Below are positions 17,998 to 28,956 of a stretch of 64,000 nt of DNA, one piece after another. The position numbers and the translations under genes were made by a program. The notes beneath the pieces are model-generated. The model was not told where the DNA came from, made no database searches, and was given only the letters and a program-made list of their open reading frames with translations. This DNA is from Candidatus Obscuribacteraceae bacterium. Lineage in GTDB: Bacteria; Cyanobacteriota; Vampirovibrionia; Obscuribacterales; Obscuribacteraceae. Positions within the stretch are counted from its first letter, which is position 1, and the number at the start of each line of letters is the position of its first letter. Location of the stretch: positions 192,001-256,000 of the forward strand of contig JBGAHS010000004.1 in NCBI GenBank assembly GCA_044226015.1, in the 5' to 3' direction.

Positions 17998-18474
17998 ATG
18001 AAGCTGCGACTGTCGATTTTTTTGACTTTGATTAGCGTCTTTTGCTCATCTAACCTCGCTTTTGCACAACAAAATCCGCCAACGTTGAAGTCCACTACGA
18101 CCGTTGTGCGCAGGCAAAAGGCACCACCGCTGAAAACTAGAAGTGCAGGTAATTCAGAAATCAATAATTTGGAAAAGCCGCCTGAAATGCCAGGAATCAC
18201 CTTCCCTAATGCTAAATTCCTCTATGGTTTTAGCTCAGAGCTAAAAGGTAGTCGCAGTATGGGTGCACGATTTGAGGTACCAGAGCAGGGATCGTCCGTA
18301 ATTTCTTACTACAAACAAAATTTGGCAAATACTGGATGGAAAGTTTATCCCTCGGACAAACCAGATCAAATGTCTGCAGAGAGTACACAATACAAATCTT
18401 CGGTAACCATAACCACTTTTAGGTCATCAAAGCCCGGCTGTGAAGTGCTTTTTGGTTATGCCGTGAAGTACTAG
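17998..18474 (+). CDS. Secreted hypothetical protein
   Basis: Signal peptide MKLRLSIFLTL...LAFA; VISYYKQNLANTGWKV; GGAG SD. Confidence 0.75.
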   Translation: MKLRLSIFLTLISVFCSSNLAFAQQNPPTLKSTTTVVRRQKAPPLKTRSAGNSEINNLEKPPEMPGITFPNAKFLYGFSSELKGSRSMGARFEVPEQGSSVISYYKQNLANTGWKVYPSDKPDQMSAESTQYKSSVTITTFRSSKPGCEVLFGYAVKY

Positions 18475-18711
18475 TGCGAAATACTTACCCTCGCGAAGTG
18501 ATTACCGCACAGGTCGCTAATCAGTTGACTCAAAGGATCAAAACGGGATCAAAACAATCGGTTGAAGGATGCTCAATAAAAGATCCTCAAGAAAAGAACT
18601 CAGCTTCCGATATATGGCAGTGAGCCGTGAGTACGATTCCAGAGAGAAGTAGTGATGCTCTAATAGTCTCTAGGGATCCGTTACAGAGAAGATGGAGCCT
18701 TTACAGCGAGA

Positions 18712-19707
18712 TCAGCTGGAAGCTGAGCGTGCCTGCTCCAGGAAAAAGTCGGCTCGCGGGTTGCCTTCTTTTTTGAGTTTTTCGGCCATTTGCTCAAAAA
18801 CCTTTTTTGCTTCAGCGCCGCGCTTTTGATCGGCTAACGCATTTCCTAGTTCATGTGCTATTTCGGGGGCTAGAATTGAACTGTACTTTGCTTGACCTGG
18901 TCCTGATATTTGGAAAGCTTCCTGGAGCAAGGGAATTGCTTTAGCACTCTTTTTTCCTTTTACCAGTGCTCTTGAATAACCGAGCAAGACTTCTGGAAGC
19001 ATTCCCGGTTTGCTTCTGCGACATGCAGCAACACAATCGTCGTAAATCTTGTACGACTCTGTGAATTGCCCTTTGTGATAGAGGCAGTTTGCTAAAATGC
19101 TCTTGTCTCTGATTGTTTCTATATCGTCTTTTGGTGTGAACTTCTCACGGAGGCGTACTAGTCTCCTGAGTTTTTCTGCATCAATTTCGTCGCCACACGA
19201 CTGTGATTTACTTCGCGCGTAACTATCTAAGAGCCACATAACTGGCATGCTTTCAGCTCCGCTCGCTTTCTCTTGCAGTAGTATTGTTTTATCAATACAC
19301 TGCGAAACTATTTGTCTTTCTGGAATAGAAGAAGCAACTTTCTGAAGAAGTATCACCTGCGGAATCACGTGCACATTGTCGGGACCGTAGTGACGTTCTG
19401 CCATGGATACAGAGGTATTTGCATATTCGAGTGCTTCTTTTTTCTTGCCGCTTTTTACTAACTGAGTAATTAGCTGTTCATAAACAGGCAGCAGGTCTGT
19501 GGCGCTCGCATCTGCTGCTTTCATAGTTTTGATTTTTTGCTGATACCAGCTTGCGTCGTGCTCTTCTTCTTGCTGTCTAGCCGGCAGGCTGGCTTGTCTG
19601 GGTTCAACTGAGCTTGTAGTGCTGCTTTTAGGTGTGGTGTTTGTTTGGCATGACGTGACTATCAATAAACCTGATGCCAGCGTGAGACCTTGCAGCTTAT
19701 TAAGCAT
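18712..19707 (-). CDS. TPR-containing lipoprotein
   Basis: Lipobox-like IVTSC after a hydrophobic stretch; TPR-like helical repeats. Confidence 0.75.
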   Translation of the reverse strand: MLNKLQGLTLASGLLIVTSCQTNTTPKSSTTSSVEPRQASLPARQQEEEHDASWYQQKIKTMKAADASATDLLPVYEQLITQLVKSGKKKEALEYANTSVSMAERHYGPDNVHVIPQVILLQKVASSIPERQIVSQCIDKTILLQEKASGAESMPVMWLLDSYARSKSQSCGDEIDAEKLRRLVRLREKFTPKDDIETIRDKSILANCLYHKGQFTESYKIYDDCVAACRRSKPGMLPEVLLGYSRALVKGKKSAKAIPLLQEAFQISGPGQAKYSSILAPEIAHELGNALADQKRGAEAKKVFEQMAEKLKKEGNPRADFFLEQARSASS

Positions 19708-19786
19708 ATTTGGAACCTCTAAAGGGTCTTTGGTGAATTATATACTCTTATGTGCTAACTTAACACGTGATTGAGTGAGGTAGAAA

Positions 19787-21115
19787 ATGTATTGCAAAGT
19801 TCTTGATGAGATTGGCATACAAGCTAAGTGGGTGGACCTTGTCACCAAAGGACTTTTTGTTACCTTGCTCTTTTTCTCCTCTCAGAACGTATATGCTGAA
19901 AACCAGCATTCACACGGTGGTAAACCTGACGAAGTTGCAATGATACAAGCTCAGCTTGATAGCGACAGAGACGTCAAAGGCGCTATGGAAAAGTTGCAAG
20001 CATTGCTCGTGAGAGAACCCAATAACATCGAGGCGCACATGATGTTGGGAAAAATTTTCCAACTGCTCGGTTTTGAATCTATGGCAGACGAAGAGTTTAA
20101 GCGAGTTGATCAGCTTGATCCAACAAAACCAACTTCCGTTCTAAATCTGTTTCAAAATAAACTTGCCGCGCAGGGCGGCATGGCTGCATACGAGTATCTT
20201 CGTTATGTTGAAAGAAGATTTCCAAATGATCCGTCAGTTTTGCTCATGCAAGGAATGCTCGCAAGAATGCGCGGAGAATTGGCTAAAGCCGAGTTCTTTT
20301 ATGGACTAGCTCTTGATAGAAATCCTTCATCGCCTGGTATTTATACTGCAATAGCTGCCGTGAGATTGAAGCAGAGCAGATTCAGAGACGCTCTTATTCT
20401 GGCTGAAAAAGATTTGGCTTTGAAAAAAGATCACCCTGCTGCAAACCTGGCGAAGGCTCAAGCACTGATGGCGATGGGTGAGTTTGAAAGAGCGATTCCC
20501 GCTCTGAGAATTGCTTATGCGGGTGTTCAGGACAAACGTGCCGTAGCTGATTTACTTTCTAGGGCTTTAATAAGCAATAACGAATACTCAGAAGCAATCG
20601 AGCCGACTCTAGTTTGTTTGAGTTTGACTCCAATGACTGAAAGAGAAACTGTCGAGCAACTGAAGGTCAGAATTGGCATGATTCTTCGCCACGTCAAAGT
20701 GACGGAGTTGACTAATTCCTTGCAAATGGCTACCCGTTATGTCTTTAACTCAGAGTCCCTGGCGCTCTTGTACTTTGCCTGTGGAGATGTTTTGGCGAAA
20801 GCTGGTGCCGATAAAGCAGCTCAAAAAGTTTTTGGCGACGGCATTACAATGTCTCCTTATCATGGACGACCTTACTTGCGATTAGGTATTTTGCAGGAAA
20901 AAACTGGTGATTATGCCGCTGCTCTAAAAAGTTATACGAGTGCTTATCAATACAATCCTGATGACCGAGAGATTGCAGCACGGCTTGCAAGGCTAATTAA
21001 ACGGGCACCAATGCAAGAAAATGACATCGCCTGGTATCTGAAGGATTTGATTCGAAATGGTGGCAGGAAGTCAGCGATAATGAGTGGTGTGAGTACAGGT
21101 TCTGGTTCTTATTAA
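19787..21115 (+). CDS. Exported TPR protein
   Basis: N-terminal hydrophobic segment; several TPRs (EAHMMLG, PYLRLGILQE...AYQYNP). Confidence 0.8.
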   Translation: MYCKVLDEIGIQAKWVDLVTKGLFVTLLFFSSQNVYAENQHSHGGKPDEVAMIQAQLDSDRDVKGAMEKLQALLVREPNNIEAHMMLGKIFQLLGFESMADEEFKRVDQLDPTKPTSVLNLFQNKLAAQGGMAAYEYLRYVERRFPNDPSVLLMQGMLARMRGELAKAEFFYGLALDRNPSSPGIYTAIAAVRLKQSRFRDALILAEKDLALKKDHPAANLAKAQALMAMGEFERAIPALRIAYAGVQDKRAVADLLSRALISNNEYSEAIEPTLVCLSLTPMTERETVEQLKVRIGMILRHVKVTELTNSLQMATRYVFNSESLALLYFACGDVLAKAGADKAAQKVFGDGITMSPYHGRPYLRLGILQEKTGDYAAALKSYTSAYQYNPDDREIAARLARLIKRAPMQENDIAWYLKDLIRNGGRKSAIMSGVSTGSGSY

Positions 21116-21169
21116 GCGCTTGCCCTGTTCCCAGCCCTATCCCTGGCTCCTGTACGGATGGCGCTTGAC

Positions 21170-21823
21170 TCAGCGGCGAGATACTTTGACTGCTTCTATT
21201 TCTAATGTAATTTGCGCTTCGTCCGATACCATTTTGATTCCCTTTGCGACATCTCTATTCCAAGTCATGCCGAAATCGTTTTTGTTGATTTTCGTTTTTG
21301 CTGTGATGCCGATGTATGTTTGTTTATGGCTGTCGTCATAGACAGGACCTTTTGGACCTTCGCAATCCAGGCTCACACTCTTGCTTATTCCTCTTATTTT
21401 GAGGTCTCCCTGCATTTTGAATTTCCCAGAACCCGTCGGGGTTATCTTGGTGGAGCGAAATTCCATTATGGGATATTTCTTTACGTCAAAAAAATGTTCT
21501 GAACGAAGGTGCATATCGCGAAGCTGTGAACCTGAATCAAGGCTGTCGGTGTTTATGTATGCAAGAACTTTGGCTGTGGCTAGATTCTTTCCGTCATACT
21601 CGACTGTTCCGCTGACATTGTCGAACCATCCGGTTACGGGCGACAGAGTGTCATGTGTTGCGGCAAAAATGGCTTTGCAATGAGTTTGATCGAGCGACCA
21701 GAGATTAGCTTCCGGTTTTGCAGTAACAAAGCCGATGTTTGAAAGTAAAAGTGCAGCGAATATCGTGATTGGTATAAATCCTTTCACTGAATATGGTGCT
21801 GTTCCATTTAGTCTTTTTTGCAT
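21170..21823 (-). CDS. YceI family lipid/polyisoprenoid-binding protein
   Basis: WSLDQTH, RDMHLRSEHFFDVKKYP, GDLKIRGISKSV, DFGMTWN. Confidence 0.92.
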   Translation of the reverse strand: MQKRLNGTAPYSVKGFIPITIFAALLLSNIGFVTAKPEANLWSLDQTHCKAIFAATHDTLSPVTGWFDNVSGTVEYDGKNLATAKVLAYINTDSLDSGSQLRDMHLRSEHFFDVKKYPIMEFRSTKITPTGSGKFKMQGDLKIRGISKSVSLDCEGPKGPVYDDSHKQTYIGITAKTKINKNDFGMTWNRDVAKGIKMVSDEAQITLEIEAVKVSRR

Positions 21824-22127
21824 GTCGGGTCGCCTTCATAGTTCACGTACTGAACAAATAATAGCAGTTTGCCTGCCACTTGAAATATTTGATAATGAAC
21901 CAAATTTCGTGCTTTCCTATTGGGCTGAAAGCGGTTCAAATATTTCTGCGGGAGCTGCGCTGATTTTATTGCAAGAGGGGGGAGAATCCGCTCGGAGGGG
22001 AATCATTGCACTTAGGTAGGTGCAGCAGGCCCTATCGAGTTTGAGAGGTTTTGCCCTCTAATGTACTTCTGGAGTCAATCTTGTACTATTCGCCTGTATT
22101 GTGTCGGCACCAAGCAGGAGTTGTGCT

Positions 22128-25100
22128 ATGAGGAAGATTTGTGGACCGAAGATTCGTACTGGCACAATAAGCGCAGTTTGTACTAGCTCAAACCTGGCCT
22201 TAGCAGCTACTGTATTCCTGTCTACTATATGCACATACACTCCAGCTTTCGGACAAGAATTGCCGAGCAGTCAGGGAACTCGTCCGGGCTCTCATGTCGG
22301 TGCTCCCGTAGTCCCTTCTGCCAGTGCGTTGAATCAAATTCTGCACTCCGGAATCAAAACTTTTGTAATCAATGGTGGCAACTATCAGGGCGATGTTCAG
22401 ATTCCCCGGGGAGTAACTCTGGTAAACATTGCTGACAAGAATTCTCAATCGTTGAATATTCAAGGTTCGCTCGTTGATTCTGGTCGTCTTGTCTTCAGGG
22501 GGGCCGAAGTAAGCCAGGCGAATTTGAATGCTCAGAATGTATTTGTTCGCAGTGGAGCCTCTATTGCATCTCTAGACAATCTGACGCTTAGCATCAGTGC
22601 TCTGAACAACATCGTTAATGCCGGCACCATATCTAGTGCGTCGGGGTTGAATTTGTTCGCCGGCAATTCCATTACTAATATCAGTGGAACTGGTCATACT
22701 GCCCTTATACAAGCAGGAAATGCTATAAATCTATTTGCTGGTGCCGGTGGCATAATTAACACCGGGTTGATACAAAGCCACTCAGGCGACATTAGCTTGA
22801 ATTCTGCAAGCGCGGCGCAATATGCTGTTTTGAGCCAGGCTTTGCTAAGTCAAGTTTCCAGTTATACCGAGTCTTCTCTTTTGCTTAATAACAATCATGG
22901 TGTTATTGAAGCTTTAAGCGGTGGCATTAGTGCCCAGTCAGTGCAGAACCTGAGTCTGATTGCTGGTGACTACTTATCCAATTCACTAAATTTGAAAGGC
23001 GTTGATGTTTTTGCAAACGTCTCAAAAGTTAGTGGCGTTGTGAATGCTGAAGCTTGCAATGCACATTTGTTTGCAGATTCTCCGAACTTAAGCGTTGGAA
23101 CCTGGAATGTATCCGGAGATCCAATAATTGCAAATACAGGAAATGTTCCTTTGTCGGACCAAATGACCAACGGCGCCCCGCTTGTTGTGGTTGCCGGAAA
23201 AGACATTACCTGGACAAATGGTATCACAAACAAAATTGATACCAGAGGGACTAACGGTGGCAATGTCTACCTTGTAGCAGGTGCTAAATTTACGCCATCA
23301 CCCTATCTGTCCTCTACTGTACCAATCACCATTACAGGTGCCAGCAGCACTGGAGGGAAAATTGATTTCACAGGAAGCTCATTTCAGGGTATCGTAACTG
23401 ATCCTTTAACGAGTCCGGGAAGTGCTGGAAATGTCGAAATGTCAGCATTCTCTGGCTCTGCGGCTGGTTCTGGAACGATTAAGTTCCCGCTTGCAAGCAG
23501 CATTTCCACTCTGGGAGCAGGTAGCGGTTCGTCAGGTCATATCTTTGCAGTTGCAGGTGGCTCTTTGAACACATCTGCAAATCCCAGTATTGTGTTGCCC
23601 GATTTGAATTCAGCTGGTGGCACTGGTGTGGGCTCAAGTGGACTCTCTGGCGGACACATGATAATAAGCACCACTCAACCAAATGTGTCTCCAACAAATC
23701 CAATGGTGCTTGACCCAGTTGATGGCAGAGTTTTACAGGGAGGAATTCTTGGCGGTGCTTTAGCAAACTCTGCCATTCAAATCAAATCAATCTCAACAGG
23801 AGGTGGGCAAGTTTACGTGTTATCTGGTCTTAGCACCCAGGTAAGTTCCAACATTAACACCACTGGTAATTCTGGACGGCCGGGTGGTGCAGTGAATTTG
23901 CTTGCAGGCGCAAACGGCAAAGATCCCGCTAACTCCGATCTAAATATTCTAGGTACGATCACAACTGATGGCGCTAGCGGTTTCCCCTCGGGGAAGGTGA
24001 ATCTTGTTAGTTCTGGTAATGTGAATGTCGGCGATATTGACACAAAATCCGCTGACGCAGCCGCTGGCTCTGTATTTATAGGAGCCGGTTCTGCCAACTC
24101 TTCAGGTACGATAAATTTCACTAACATCACAACGAGTGCGTCTGGTTCAGCAACTCAAAAGTCTGGCTCGGTTGTTATTATCAGTACGAGTACTTGTTCG
24201 ACCTGTCCAACGCCCGGCGTGATAACTGGAACAAGCATAGACTCCAGTAATACAAGTCTCTCTGCTGCCGCTGCACCCGTATCCATTTCGGCCACTGGCA
24301 ATATACAGCTGCAATCAGTCACTGCAAAGGGCTCCGCCAGTGGCACTGGTGGCGTAGGCGGGTCTGTTTTTCTTAGCAGCGCTGCTTCCATACTAGCTTC
24401 TTCTGGTATTGATACTAGTGCCTCTGGGGCTGGCAACCAGGCTGGTGGTATTTACTTGATAGCCAGTGGCAGCGTTAGTTCGGGCACCACTCAAACTCAA
24501 TCTGGAGCTAGCTCGCCTAATCTGGTGATAAGCCCCAACTTCGTGAGTTCCTCTCCTTCAATTCAAGGAAATGCGCTAAATGTTCAAATTACCTTCAATG
24601 GAAATACAGCGCCAGCTGCGTTCAACCCTGGTGGCTACGTCGCAATAAATGATCAACTTGGTGCAAAGAAGGGTGGTACTGTAATCACGTTAACAGTGCA
24701 AAATGACAACAACGTTCTTGTGCCAATCGTATCGCGCTCTGCTACGCCATTTACTTTGATAGGGTCTGCAACAGCGCCGAGTGGCATTTCCGCGAAGTTG
24801 TCTAACTCATCAAGTATGGTCTTTTTTGGTGCTGGGGGGCTGAACATTGGAAGCGCTAACGCCTTCCTCACATCACCGGTTACTCCCTTTCCCATAGCAG
24901 TGGTGAGTGCAAATCGGGGCAACGTGCAAATTAATAATGCTAGTCTTTTTGGGCGATCACTCAACATTGCAAATGCAGTGAGTAACTCCGGCACCATTTT
25001 CCTGAGTTCCCCTGGGCTAACTGTTGGACCTGTCGTGAGTGGCGCGACTCCAAGCAAGGGCAGCTCAATTACGCTTGATGCGCTTTCGGCTGGGACTTTG

Positions 25101-28100
25101 CTTCTGACCGATAGTATTAGTTCAGCTGCTGCTGTTACGCTCATGCCAACTGGAATAGGTAACATGCAAGAGCAGACCCCGAGTGTAATTGATGCTTCTG
25201 CATTATTTCTTGGAAATGCTAATTTGAATGGTCAACTGGGCTCTACACCCAATCCTATTTATGCTGACGTAAACCGATTGGTTGTTAACACGGACGTCGC
25301 TGTGCAAGGAAATGGCGCGTCGGTAGAGAGCGTCTCAGATATGACCGTTTCGTTTTCTGTAGGTGGGGTCTTTCAGTTGACTGGAGGAAACTCCATCATT
25401 CTGGACAATACGAAACCTAACTTTGCGGGTGGTACTGCTAGTATTGCAGTAGGAAATATTTCGGCTCTCAAAACAACTCCAGCGATTTTGAGTCCAGCGA
25501 TTTTACTAACTTCGAGCAATCCGCATGGAATTGGCACTAGTGCAATTCCGGTCAATATTGGTAATGTCGCTGGAAATACTAATCCAATTCTTTTGCAAAC
25601 AGATTCGGCGAGTGCACCCCTGTTCATAAGTAGTTCTGCGAATAACGGTGTTGAGATAACGAGTACGCCCATCAATGCCGGGTCGTTTTCATTAGCATCT
25701 GGCGGGAACATTATTTTTGATCCAGGGGCTGCGATCATTTCGTTGAGCAGTATAACTCTGAATTCGAAGGCAGGTATTTCCGTCGCTGCAAATACAGCGT
25801 CATTAAAGGCCGCTACAGCACTTAATCTTGTTGCCGGAACTGCTGGCATCGGGTTCGGTAGCTTTGGCGGTGGAACCGTTGTCGTAGAGTCTACTTCTTT
25901 GAACATTCAATCTGTTGGACCAGTAGTGCTTGCTCAAAGTGGTGCTGTCACCTTCTCTGGCGTTTCTAACGTGGGCAAGAGCACAAGTGATTCCTTCTCA
26001 TTGCTTTCATTAGGCAACAACGTCACATTTGCGACTGGTGCAAGCATCAATACACCATCTTTTCTTGCTATATCAAGTACAGGAGGTGCTATCACTCAAG
26101 CATCTGCTACTGCTATTTCAATAAACTCGAGTCAGCTCAGGCTCGATGGTCTTGTTGTTGGAGGAGCCAATCCGCTGGGCATAAAAGGTGGCAGCTTACG
26201 CTTGAACACAAGCAGTGCTGTCAATCTTCTTAGCTCAACAGGGGTAGTGTTTGCCGATATGGCTGTGACCGGTAGCTTTAACCTAGAGGTCAAATCCGGC
26301 AACATTAATGCTGATGTATCCGTTGTGCCATATGCAATTTTATCTAACGACGTGAGTTTGAAAATTGATTCGACTGGAGATATAGGCTCAGCATCAAGAC
26401 CTCTGGTTCTCGACACGGGCTCAAACAACATAGCCTTGAGTTTGCAAGCCGAAGCCAGCAAAGGCAGTGTATATATTTCTGGGGCGGCAGATCTCACAAA
26501 AGGCGCTGTTGGACTAACAGTGAAGAATTCGTCTGCCGGCTCTATGTTCTCAATCAGCACGCTTGCTCCCGTTACCTTCGATTCAACCAGCAAGTTTGCG
26601 ATAACTGCTGGCAAATCCGTTACTGTTTTTTCGAATAGCAAATTGACGCAATCTGGAACGGCTGCTGCTATTTCTAGCCCTGTGGTATCGCTTTCAAATA
26701 CTGGTACTACCAATACAATTCTTCTGAGCAACCTTGTGGGCAAAACTGCAGCTGTTGACCTCACCTTCGCCACTAAGCTAGCGCCCGCCTCTTACCAGGG
26801 CGCTTCGCTCCGTCTTGTTGGCTCTTCTGTTCTGTCTAACAGCGCCGCTGTAACCGCTAGCACCACATCTGGTGATATCTCCATTGCTGCCGGCGCGACA
26901 GTAAAGCTTACTGATGGAAGTCCAGCTACATTGTCGCTTCTGTCTAGTGGAAATATCTTTCAAGCCGCTAAAGGCACTACCCTATCGGTTCCTAACTTGA
27001 ATCTGTCCGCGTTGGGAAGCAATACCTCGATTGGAACGGCAGCCGTTAACATCGGTACGAGCAGTGGAAGACCAGCTTCTATTCTGCTGAACCCTGATGC
27101 CACTGGAAATGTTTTTATCACCAACAATGGGCAAGTGTCTCTTGTAACAACCACTACTACGGTTAAGACATTCCAGCTTTCTACGACTGGTCCAGATGCA
27201 TTGGGCGCTATTCTTGTTTCTAATAGTTTCACTGCGTCAGACATAAACTTGCATGCTGGCGGTGCTGCTGGAATTGCTATTTCAAGCCCGATTACGGCTA
27301 CAAACAACATGACGCTAAGCACGGCGGGGGTGGGGTCCATTCTAGGATTCGCTACCATATCTGCCTCGAACCTTGGTTTGTCCACTGGCTCTGGCGCTAT
27401 CGGTGGCAGCACTCCCATGCTGACTGCAGTGACTTCGTCGATTACTGCAAATGTCAGCAGTGGAGTCGCCGGGGGAGTAAATATCTCTAATACCGGAGCC
27501 AACGTTATTTTGAAAAACTCGAGCTCAGGTGGAAGTTTTACTTTCACTAATAACGGAACTTTGACAGTTAACAGTGTGACTTCGCGAGCTGCCTTCACAT
27601 CTCTGCAAGGAACCATAATTGTCAGTACTACAGGTGGTGCGTCCAATTTGAACATTGCTCCATCGGCAAAAATCTCTACCAGTTCTGGTTCAATTCTCTT
27701 CCAGAATGCTAACGCGACCGGACTCATAGATGTGGGTAAGGGCGCGAAGATTTCAACAATGTCGCCGATAGCTGGCTCTAGCGGTTCAGTTGGATTTCTT
27801 GTTGGCGCGACCTTTGGATCTCTCGTGTCGGGTCAAGTTTTGCCTGCTGGTCTGAGTCTGGGTAAAGTCACTGGCGGTGGTGTTTACTCATTGGGGCAGA
27901 CATCAGGTTCTTCCGTGAAGGTAAGTTCTCCAGGAAATGTACTTAACCTGATAGGGCAAGCTGTTCTCTTTGACACCGGTGCAGGTTCTCCGCAATTGAT
28001 CACTCTTGGGGGCGGGGTGGTTATCACAGCTGACCCTGTGGATCCATCTGCGGCTCAGGCCGCTTCTCTAACTGGAGCTGCTCTGAAAGCAACTGCTCTA

Positions 28101-28931
28101 GCTCCGCCTGCAAGCAGTTCTGCTCTTATTAATAGTGAATTCCGCCCTGCCTCAGGAGACGCAATAGGGAGTCATCTTGTGTCCAATCTGAACAGCTTTG
28201 TTTTAAATCAATCAGCTGCCTCGTCTTCGTTGAATACCTTAAGTGGTGCCGCTATAAATAGCAAACTTCGTGAATCTAATGGACAAAGTGGAGGTCCTGT
28301 ATTTTTTCAATCAGCGGGGGGACCTCATTCCGCTAAAGCTGACGACTCTAACTTACGTCCAATAGCTTTCACTTCCTGTAACTTGAAATTGAGTGAGGTT
28401 CAACGAGCAGAAGTGGCTGCCAGTGTCATCTTCAGCACTCCTGATCTTTGTGTTGAAGATGCTTCGAATGAATTGCATGTCTCACATGGAACGCTAATAC
28501 TTGTTCCAAAAACTGATACCAAGTTAGTTCTGGGTGGATTAGTTTGTACCGTAAAAAGGGGCGTCGTTCTCTATGCAAGAGTAGGAAAAGAAAGCACTGA
28601 AATCGTGAATCTTGCCGATAAGCAGCGAGGGCAAGTTGAAGTTCTAACTCCAAACGGTGCTGTTCAAGTGGAGATGGGTAAGACACTGGTCTTATCTAAT
28701 TCTGCTGAGCGTCTGCAATCAGAATTTCCAGTTAGAAATGAAGTCAGGCATTCGAGTTTGCTGACTGCGGATATTTCGTTGCCATATCTCCTAACGACAG
28801 AGTTGGCTAAAGGCTTGAAGTCGAGTGATTTAGGTTCTGACCGTTCAGCATATCTGCATGTACTGAAGTCTTGCGCAGCTTACGTTTCGATGAACAAGAA
28901 GCAGGGCTATGCTTTTTCTTCGCGTAAGTAA
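22128..28931 (+). CDS. Giant filamentous-haemagglutinin-like beta-helical exoprotein
   Basis: About 2270 aa of S/G/T/A/N-rich beta-helix-like repeats, signal peptide ending PAFG, distinct C-terminal domain; ATG 22128 follows AGGAG. Confidence 0.8.
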   Translation: MRKICGPKIRTGTISAVCTSSNLALAATVFLSTICTYTPAFGQELPSSQGTRPGSHVGAPVVPSASALNQILHSGIKTFVINGGNYQGDVQIPRGVTLVNIADKNSQSLNIQGSLVDSGRLVFRGAEVSQANLNAQNVFVRSGASIASLDNLTLSISALNNIVNAGTISSASGLNLFAGNSITNISGTGHTALIQAGNAINLFAGAGGIINTGLIQSHSGDISLNSASAAQYAVLSQALLSQVSSYTESSLLLNNNHGVIEALSGGISAQSVQNLSLIAGDYLSNSLNLKGVDVFANVSKVSGVVNAEACNAHLFADSPNLSVGTWNVSGDPIIANTGNVPLSDQMTNGAPLVVVAGKDITWTNGITNKIDTRGTNGGNVYLVAGAKFTPSPYLSSTVPITITGASSTGGKIDFTGSSFQGIVTDPLTSPGSAGNVEMSAFSGSAAGSGTIKFPLASSISTLGAGSGSSGHIFAVAGGSLNTSANPSIVLPDLNSAGGTGVGSSGLSGGHMIISTTQPNVSPTNPMVLDPVDGRVLQGGILGGALANSAIQIKSISTGGGQVYVLSGLSTQVSSNINTTGNSGRPGGAVNLLAGANGKDPANSDLNILGTITTDGASGFPSGKVNLVSSGNVNVGDIDTKSADAAAGSVFIGAGSANSSGTINFTNITTSASGSATQKSGSVVIISTSTCSTCPTPGVITGTSIDSSNTSLSAAAAPVSISATGNIQLQSVTAKGSASGTGGVGGSVFLSSAASILASSGIDTSASGAGNQAGGIYLIASGSVSSGTTQTQSGASSPNLVISPNFVSSSPSIQGNALNVQITFNGNTAPAAFNPGGYVAINDQLGAKKGGTVITLTVQNDNNVLVPIVSRSATPFTLIGSATAPSGISAKLSNSSSMVFFGAGGLNIGSANAFLTSPVTPFPIAVVSANRGNVQINNASLFGRSLNIANAVSNSGTIFLSSPGLTVGPVVSGATPSKGSSITLDALSAGTLLLTDSISSAAAVTLMPTGIGNMQEQTPSVIDASALFLGNANLNGQLGSTPNPIYADVNRLVVNTDVAVQGNGASVESVSDMTVSFSVGGVFQLTGGNSIILDNTKPNFAGGTASIAVGNISALKTTPAILSPAILLTSSNPHGIGTSAIPVNIGNVAGNTNPILLQTDSASAPLFISSSANNGVEITSTPINAGSFSLASGGNIIFDPGAAIISLSSITLNSKAGISVAANTASLKAATALNLVAGTAGIGFGSFGGGTVVVESTSLNIQSVGPVVLAQSGAVTFSGVSNVGKSTSDSFSLLSLGNNVTFATGASINTPSFLAISSTGGAITQASATAISINSSQLRLDGLVVGGANPLGIKGGSLRLNTSSAVNLLSSTGVVFADMAVTGSFNLEVKSGNINADVSVVPYAILSNDVSLKIDSTGDIGSASRPLVLDTGSNNIALSLQAEASKGSVYISGAADLTKGAVGLTVKNSSAGSMFSISTLAPVTFDSTSKFAITAGKSVTVFSNSKLTQSGTAAAISSPVVSLSNTGTTNTILLSNLVGKTAAVDLTFATKLAPASYQGASLRLVGSSVLSNSAAVTASTTSGDISIAAGATVKLTDGSPATLSLLSSGNIFQAAKGTTLSVPNLNLSALGSNTSIGTAAVNIGTSSGRPASILLNPDATGNVFITNNGQVSLVTTTTTVKTFQLSTTGPDALGAILVSNSFTASDINLHAGGAAGIAISSPITATNNMTLSTAGVGSILGFATISASNLGLSTGSGAIGGSTPMLTAVTSSITANVSSGVAGGVNISNTGANVILKNSSSGGSFTFTNNGTLTVNSVTSRAAFTSLQGTIIVSTTGGASNLNIAPSAKISTSSGSILFQNANATGLIDVGKGAKISTMSPIAGSSGSVGFLVGATFGSLVSGQVLPAGLSLGKVTGGGVYSLGQTSGSSVKVSSPGNVLNLIGQAVLFDTGAGSPQLITLGGGVVITADPVDPSAAQAASLTGAALKATALAPPASSSALINSEFRPASGDAIGSHLVSNLNSFVLNQSAASSSLNTLSGAAINSKLRESNGQSGGPVFFQSAGGPHSAKADDSNLRPIAFTSCNLKLSEVQRAEVAASVIFSTPDLCVEDASNELHVSHGTLILVPKTDTKLVLGGLVCTVKRGVVLYARVGKESTEIVNLADKQRGQVEVLTPNGAVQVEMGKTLVLSNSAERLQSEFPVRNEVRHSSLLTADISLPYLLTTELAKGLKSSDLGSDRSAYLHVLKSCAAYVSMNKKQGYAFSSRK

Positions 28932-28956
28932 AAGTTGATTGCTTATGTGGCTGATT

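Noticed and set aside
22200..28686. Many antisense and alternative-frame ORFs inside the FHA-like gene
   Set aside because: Expected shadows of Ser/Gly/Thr/Ala-rich coding sequence; no motifs
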